Below, one piece after another: positions 56,847 through 64,000 of a DNA stretch of 64,000 nt. The translations under genes and the position numbers were made by a program. The notes beneath the pieces were generated by a model. That model saw only the letters and a program-made list of their open reading frames with translations. It had not been told where the DNA came from and ran no database searches. This DNA is from Eledone cirrhosa (lineage: Eukaryota), in assembly GCA_964016885.1 (NCBI GenBank), contig OZ024741.1:186372001-186436000 (forward strand). The letters run 5' to 3'. Within the stretch, counting starts at the first letter, position 1, and every line of letters starts with the position of its first letter.

Positions 56847-57086
56847 ACAGATACATATATATATATAAGATAACAAAATATCGTTTGAGGTAATCCAGCG
56901 AGAGATTATGAGTTCTCTGTAGCGAGGACAGTTTTAACGTTCGGCGTTGTTTCACTCAGGAAGAAGCTAAACTTAGTCGGGTGATCGGTTCAAGAAAGTT
57001 CTTAGGCAGGTGGTTCTTGGAGTAATAATAGTAAAAGAATGAAGAATAAACTCTATTGTACAGCCTACCATGTTATTTTTCATTCT

Positions 57087-57132
<46 letters not shown>

Positions 57133-57136
<4 letters not shown>

Positions 57137-57357
57137 AGTGTAATTTTCTACACAAAACGAAGGTTATAGAGAAAATTGAGGTTGGTAATGGCACATGGAA
57201 TATATAAGAGACAGAATACTTTTTTGTGAAAAAACATATAATTTTATAAGGTAAGGAAATATACCCTTTATTATTTCCTTACCTTATAAAATTATATGTT
57301 TTTTCACAAAAAAGTATTCTGTCTCTTATATATTCCATGTGCCATTACCAACCTCAA

Positions 57358-57365
<8 letters not shown>
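57133..57365. mobile_element. palindrome plus tail unit made of the tip of the 59960-60400 segment
   Basis: Perfect ~90-bp arms 57168-57259 and 57273-57365; tail 57133-57167; arm nearly identical to 59960-60063. Confidence 0.92.
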
Positions 57366-57455
<90 letters not shown>

Positions 57456-57566
57456 TTGATTTTTAATGCGATGAAATACCAATGATGGTTGGGAAAAACA
57501 CTAACGAAGGACTATTTTTATCATATGTAACCCATGTGCAAACCACGCAGTATTCTTCTTTCTTCT

Positions 57567-57605
<39 letters not shown>

Positions 57606-57665
57606 CATTTAATAACAACAGGAGACCGGACTGGAAATATTCTTTAGAGATTAAATATTGCATAA

Positions 57666-57739
57666 ATACTATAAGTATTTCAATGACCTAGTTATATCAT
57701 CCGATCATCATGCAAGACTTAGGCGATTTCATCAGATAT
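57666..57739 (-). ncRNA. type I hammerhead ribozyme motif
   Basis: Minus strand: ATAT-CTGATGA-AATCGCCTA...TAGGTCATT-GAAAT ACTT ATA-GTAT. Confidence 0.7.
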
Positions 57740-58016
57740 GGATTGCAAAATTAGTTAATTGCTAACAGGATTACGGCAAACCCAAACGTAGAATAGAGAA
57801 TGTACTTCATTCGAGAATGGTTCGCCAATTCAGTGTTATTTTTATGGTGAACCGTACCTGAATCAGCCACGGGATACCAGATCTGCGACGGATAATGTGC
57901 GTACCGTCGGGTGCTTTTCTTTATTGCATCATGATTTCCAAAGCTGAATGATAAGTCTACACATTGGTAAACCGCACAACATGGTACATAGATATGTTTA
58001 CATGAATATATGTATG

Positions 58017-58085
<69 letters not shown>

Positions 58086-58889
58086 TATATATATATAATA
58101 TATATATATATATATACATATATATTACAATCGTTTCAATATCAATCAGCTCAGGTACATTCATAATGAGCCCAAGGCCCGACTCTGCGATGTTATGTGC
58201 CAAGACACGCTTATATGTATATATATATTATAACGGGCTTTTGCAGTTTCGGTTTAACACATTTAATAGTACTAGAAAAAATAAACAGTTGCCTAAAGAG
58301 CAACATTGGAATAGAACCACCTACTTCTCCACAACTGCAATCACTTACCCCACCCTCCAAACACCCGTGATTGCGAAGCAAAATACTTAACCAAGCAGCC
58401 ATGCTGTCACTTGATACTTATTTGATCGTTTCCAGATTAATTAAAAGGCAATGATGACCTTGAACATATTTGAACACAGAAAGTAAAGATACGTAACAAA
58501 ATACCGCAAGGAAAGCACTTTACTCTGGCACTCTGCCATAGCAACTAGTTCATGTTGTATTTGCAAGATATTTATGAAAGAGATATCACAGCATCGTGTC
58601 TGGAACAGAAGATGACGGACAGTCATGTCTGAACACGGGAATTTCAATATGCGAATAAATATTATGACTCAGGCTCAACGTATATATGATTATATTAGGT
58701 GACCATAGTGTTTCTTGATACACCGTTTGATATACTGGTAGCTCTATAGACATATATATATATATATGCATATGTGTTTGTATTTGAGTGTAAGTGAGAG
58801 GTTTATGAGTGCTTATGTACATATATATATATATATATATAAGTTAAAACAATGAAATAAAGAATCAAGTCATTAGAGATATACCTCAC

Positions 58890-58978
58890 TGCTTTACGAT
58901 CGTTTCTAGATGGTGATAATACATTGTATCTATATTCAGTTATTGATCTATGTATATCACCAGCTGTTTTCAAAAGCA
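58890..58978 (-). ncRNA. hammerhead motif, U3-A8 variant
   Basis: Inverted copy of 59009-59140 with a shorter loop II. Confidence 0.65.
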
Positions 58979-59008
58979 ATATATTATTGCTTTTTAAAAA
59001 ATTATTAT

Positions 59009-59140
59009 TGCTTTTGAAAACAGCTGGTGATATGCATGTAAGTAAATATTCTCCCTATATGATAGTTTGTAAACTTACATAGATCAATAACTGAGTATAG
59101 ATACAATGTATTATCACCATCTAGAAACGATCGTAAAGCA
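59009..59140 (+). ncRNA. hammerhead motif, U3-A8 variant, very long loop II
   Basis: TGCTT-TTGAAAA-..TGGTGATA...TATCACCA..-GAAAC GATC GTA-AAGCA. Confidence 0.65.
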
Positions 59141-59420
59141 GTGAAACATAACTCTAATGACTTGATTTTTTATTTCATTGGTTTAACTTATATCATGACT
59201 CTGTTTTCCTTTTAATGTTTTCTGAGATTTATCTTAACCTACAACATTTTCAACATATGGATTACATCGAGTTCTTCATGCAGAATAGACCCCACAACTT
59301 ACAGTGGATACCTGTGTGTATATATATATATATATATATGCGTGTGTATATGTATACATTTATGTATACATATATACATATATATATATATAGATATTTG
59401 TCATATATATATCATATATA

Positions 59421-59522
<102 letters not shown>

Positions 59523-59574
59523 TATAATATATAATATATATATGATATATATATGATACATATCTATGTATATA

Positions 59575-59940
59575 TATAAACTAATATGTATGTGATGAAA
59601 CACAGATACCAACACATCTGTATATATATTGCAAAAGAAAAATTTAGCCAGATTGAAGTATACGAATGATTATACTACAGTTTGTCCATATCGATTTAAA
59701 ATAATAAATCAACAAAGACGAACTGTATTTGTTGATTTATTATTTTAAATCGATATGGACAAACTGTAGTATAATAATTAGTATACTTCAATCTGGCTAA
59801 ATTTTTCTTTTGCAATATATATACAGATGTGTTGGTATCTGTGTTTCATCACATACATATTAGTTTATACACGGCTCAGTGGGTATTTTCCTCCTTCGAG
59901 CTAATTCCATTGTAAAAGAATTCATTACCTTATTAATATC
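59575..59940. mobile_element. young palindrome plus tail unit
   Basis: ~140-bp near-perfect arms 59575-59716 and 59728-59868; tail 59869-59940. Confidence 0.9.
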
Positions 59941-60066
59941 TATATATATAGAGAGAGAGAGAGAAAATTGAGGTTGGTAATGGCACATGGAATATATAAG
60001 AAACAGAATACTTTTTTGTGAAAAAACATATAATTTTATAAGGTAAGGAAAGAATAAAGGGTATAA

Positions 60067-60114
60067 AAAATGACCGGTTTCGATGGGTCTGCAAAAGCCA
60101 TCTTTTCAAATGTT
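60067..60114 (-). ncRNA. minimal hammerhead motif, U3-A8 variant
   Basis: Minus strand: AACAT-TTGAAAA-GATGG...CCATC-GAAA CCG GTC-ATTTT; same strand as the PLE ORF and ~1 kb downstream of it. Confidence 0.7.
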
Positions 60115-60568
60115 GATTAATATTAAGAAAAATTAATAGTAAGAAGAGTTAAAATTTGAGATTTGAAAATTCAAGTATAAAATTCAGTGTGGGATTTCAT
60201 AGTAGTTTTCATCTTGGTAGCAGCAAGTTGACTGCTGTGTGTCCCTTTCTGGTAGTGAATGAGGAATTATTTGTGGGGAGTGGTTTTTTTTAAGGTCAGA
60301 TTTAGCAATGGCCAGATGGTCAGCTGCTGGTCAGTGAGGGGGTGGAAGCAATATACATACATATATCTCCATGTGGTCGGTAGGAGAGGGGAGAGTGATA
60401 GAAAGGGATTTAGTGCACTTACACCTATATATACACATACCCTCATCCACACATACATACACATACATATACATACATATATATACATACACATACATCC
60501 AGATACACACATACATACACACACACACACATACATACACATATATATATATATATATGTACATACAC

Positions 60569-60609
<41 letters not shown>

Positions 60610-61096
60610 TACATACACACACACATATATACATACACACGTACAAACACACACACACATATATACACATACACACACATATATATACACACACACACAT
60701 ATATATACATACACATACATCCAGATACACACATACATACACACACCCACACACACATACATACACATATATTTTTTCCATAATATAAGAAGTTAGAACA
60801 GTGAAATTAAAATACAAGTCATTCTGATCACATTGAGTTCTTCATGTAGATTGGGCCCCGCAACCGACAGTTGTGAATTCTGTGTGCGCATATATATATA
60901 GATATATGTGTGTGCACGTGCAGGGTTTAACCTGGATGTGTTGGTCACACAAAGGCATGGTATGTCAACGAATAAACCTGATTCTACAGAATTGGTCTCT
61001 GGTCTTTAATAGTAGTGATAATATTATACATGCCCACATACACACACATATCTGTCACTCCGTGCGTATGTGTGTTTATATTTTATGACAATTCTA

Positions 61097-63064
61097 TTAG
61101 GGTGATAACCTGTTTAGTTTTGGTTTAAATTTGTTAAGGAATAGACTTTCTTTGTTTATTCTTTGTTGCTGTGTGAACGAATCTGAGCACTTGTAGAAGG
61201 GGAAGATTTTAAAGTTGGGTAGTGTCATTCCTGCGCAGTTCGCAATATGGCTGCTCAAGGGGATTTTTCTTGTGTTAGCGTCCCGGATTTGTTGGCGGTG
61301 GATGGTCATTCTTTTGCGTAATAAGGTGCCCGTCTGTCCTATGTAGTTGTGTTTGCACCCACCGCAAGTTATTGCGTAAATCAAGTTCTCCGAGTTGCAG
61401 GTGAAATTGTTTTTTACTGTAAATATTTGGCCATCTTTAAATGTAAATTTTTGTCCTTCAGTGAAGTAGAGGCACGTTCCACAGTTTGCTCTACCACATT
61501 TGGTAACTGTAGGGTTGAGGATTGGTTTGGATATATTTGGTCCAGTGAGAATGAGTTTTAGTGATTTGGGTTGTCTTTTACTTTTAAGGATCTTGTGTGT
61601 TTCAAGAATAGACTTCATTTTTACATCTTTAAGTAGGATGGGGAGGTTTTTGTGTAGGTGATCAAACATTTCGGTATTTCTAGGGTTGAAAGTGGATACA
61701 TATGGCAGGGTGTTGAGTGTGGTTTTCTGTTTTGGATTGTTAAGTTGATGGGGATTTAGGTGTTTTGCCCTGTCTATTCCATTGTTGATTATTTCAAGTG
61801 GAAAGGCTCTTAAGATAAGGGTGTATTTTAGTTCCTTTAGTCTTTGCTCCCGTTTATAGTACATATACGTTTGGCCAAATTGTAAGGAATGTTAAGTTTT
61901 GTATGTTTTGGGTGACTTGATGTGAAAAAGAGGTATTGCTTGGAATCTGTGGGTTTATAGAATATATCTGTATCTAATTTCCCGTCTATTACAGAGATGA
62001 GAATATCCAAGAAGGCTAATTCATTGGGATTGGATTCCATTGTGAAGTGTATGTTATTATCTATGTTGTTTATCATTTTTTTAAACATAGTAAGTGAGTT
62101 CATGTCTTCTTGCCATAGGATAAAGCAGTCGTCTAGATATCTTTTCCAATTGGCTTTGAGGTGTGTGTGGAAAGTGTCTCCAAATAAGAGAAGGGACTGA
62201 CTGTATATTTGTTGTTCATGGAATCCCATGACTAGGTTGGCATATGTGAGTGCTACTTTCGTGCCCATTGCAGTACCTGATACTTGTCTGTATGATGAAC
62301 CATTGATTGTGAAGTAGTTATTTTGTAGGATAAAGCGGAGTCCGTCAGTGATAAAATCTTTGTTGATGCATGTCGGTATTTCTGATGGGTGTGTGTTAAG
62401 CCAGTATTGGACTGCTGTTATTCCATAGTTGTGGGGTATGTTTGTGTAGAGGTTTATTACGTCAAAGGAGACAAGAATTGTATTTGCACTTACTGTTTTA
62501 GGGAGGTGTTTCAGCATGTCAAGGTCATCTCGTATGTAGCTCTGTATATGTTGTAGAAAGGGTTTCAGTAGGATGTCCAGAAAGTTGCTAAGTCTGTGGG
62601 TTTCACATGTAGGGCCTGATATAATTGGCCTGAGTTTTAGGTCTTCTGGTGGTGTTAGTTCAATGTAATTGTTGGTTGAGGTGTCACATTCATCGTTTAT
62701 GGGTTTACATTTGTGAAGTTTCGGTAAGCCGTAAAAGGAGCTTGTATTGCATTTGAAGTGGCTTATATAGTTAAACTCTTTTGTGGTTAAGCTGTTGCGG
62801 TATTTATTCAGTAAGGTCAAAAGGTTCCCCATTGTTTTGGTGTGTTTGTAGTTTTCTGTTTTTCCATAGTATGTGTTGTTTTCTAAAATGTTAAGTGCGA
62901 GGGTCCTATAGTAGTCCGTATTCATAATGACAACAGAACTGCCTTTATCGGCTTTTTTTATGGTTATCTCAGGGTTGTTTCTAAGTGTGAATAATTCTTC
63001 CCATTCGTGTGTAGATAGGTTTGATTTCGTGTGTTTATTTGTAATTTTTTCATAGGGAAAGTTG

Positions 63065-63067
<3 letters not shown>
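61097..63067 (-). mobile_element. Penelope-like retroelement (Neptune-type), 5'-truncated, frameshifted RT plus GIY-YIG endonuclease
   Basis: [59 protein letters not shown]; CxxxxCxxC linker (KCGRANCGTC); LIYAITCGGC..YIGQT; frame break near 61840-61865; 5' end runs into (TA)n. Confidence 0.95.
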
Positions 63068-63106
<39 letters not shown>

Positions 63107-63116
63107 TGGTGATATA

Positions 63117-63154
<38 letters not shown>

Positions 63155-63189
63155 TATATATGATATTTATATGACATATATCTATGTAT

Positions 63190-63260
<71 letters not shown>

Positions 63261-63514
63261 TAGATATATATACATATATATATATATATATATTTATATA
63301 TAGAATGTGTGTATTGTGTGTGTGTGTGTGTGTGATTGTGAATTTTCCTGTTACGTATTTAAATGGTATATATGATATTCTTGTTTATATGATATAATGT
63401 AGTGTTGCAATATGTAAAGAAAAATTAACTTCATTTAACGCTTATCTGAACACTAAATTGAAAATCTCTAGGTTGCCGGAAATTGTTCTGTAATCCTCCT
63501 TGCTACTCTCTCCC

Positions 63515-63945
63515 CCTCTCTCTAATTCCTTGTTTGTATCTACGCCTATGTACATTCACACATATACATACAGTCACAAACACACACTGACATATATACG
63601 CAAAGACACACATACACACACACACTCTCAGACATATACAGACTCTCTCACTCTCCCTCTCTCTAATTCCTTGTTTGTATCTATGCCTATGTACATTCAC
63701 ACATATACATACAGTCACAAACACACACTGACATATATACGCAAAGACGCACATACACATACACACACACTCACACATATACAGACTCTCTCACTATCCC
63801 TCTCTCTAATTCCTTGTTTGTATCTATGCCTATGTACATTCACACATATACATACAGTCACAAACACACACTGACATATATACGCAAACACACACATACG
63901 CATACACACTCACTCACACATATACAGACACTCTCACTCTCCCTC
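63515..63945. repeat. ~142-bp tandem minisatellite, three copies
   Basis: TAATTCCTTGTTTGTATCTA at 63523, 63664 and 63807. Confidence 0.92.
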
Positions 63946-63961
63946 TCTCCCTCCCTCACTA

Positions 63962-64000
<39 letters not shown>

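Larger units (their letters stand above)
58838..59315. mobile_element. palindrome plus tail unit with a U3-A8 hammerhead in each arm
   Basis: Arms 58838-58981 and 59006-59192; tail 59193-59315. Confidence 0.9.

Overview
AT-rich, microsatellite-saturated eukaryotic DNA with no recognisable host gene. The dominant SINE families and (TA)n/(CA)n density suggest a cephalopod (Octopus-like) intergenic or intronic region; that is an inference. Most ORFs in the track are microsatellite artefacts. Real coding signal is limited to transposon relics: a frameshifted Neptune-type Penelope-like element (PLE; RT plus GIY-YIG, 61097-63067, minus strand), two C-terminal fragments of a second PLE type, RTE, L1/Tx1 and CRE LINE fragments, a mariner fragment and three Helitron-derived elements. 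The notable signal is about 15 ORF-less units of 0.15-0.6 kb inside (TA)n tracts. They come from many unrelated sequence families but share one design: arm-spacer-inverted arm plus a one-sided tail. Many carry type I hammerhead ribozyme (HHR) folds that read outward from the palindrome centre. I traced 15 well-formed HHR motifs by eye (inside and outside these units), plus several degenerate ones, including a recurrent U3-A8 core variant and self-complementary stem III segments. One unit carries a tRNA cloverleaf instead of an HHR. All folds and alignments are by eye and coordinates are approximate by a few bases.
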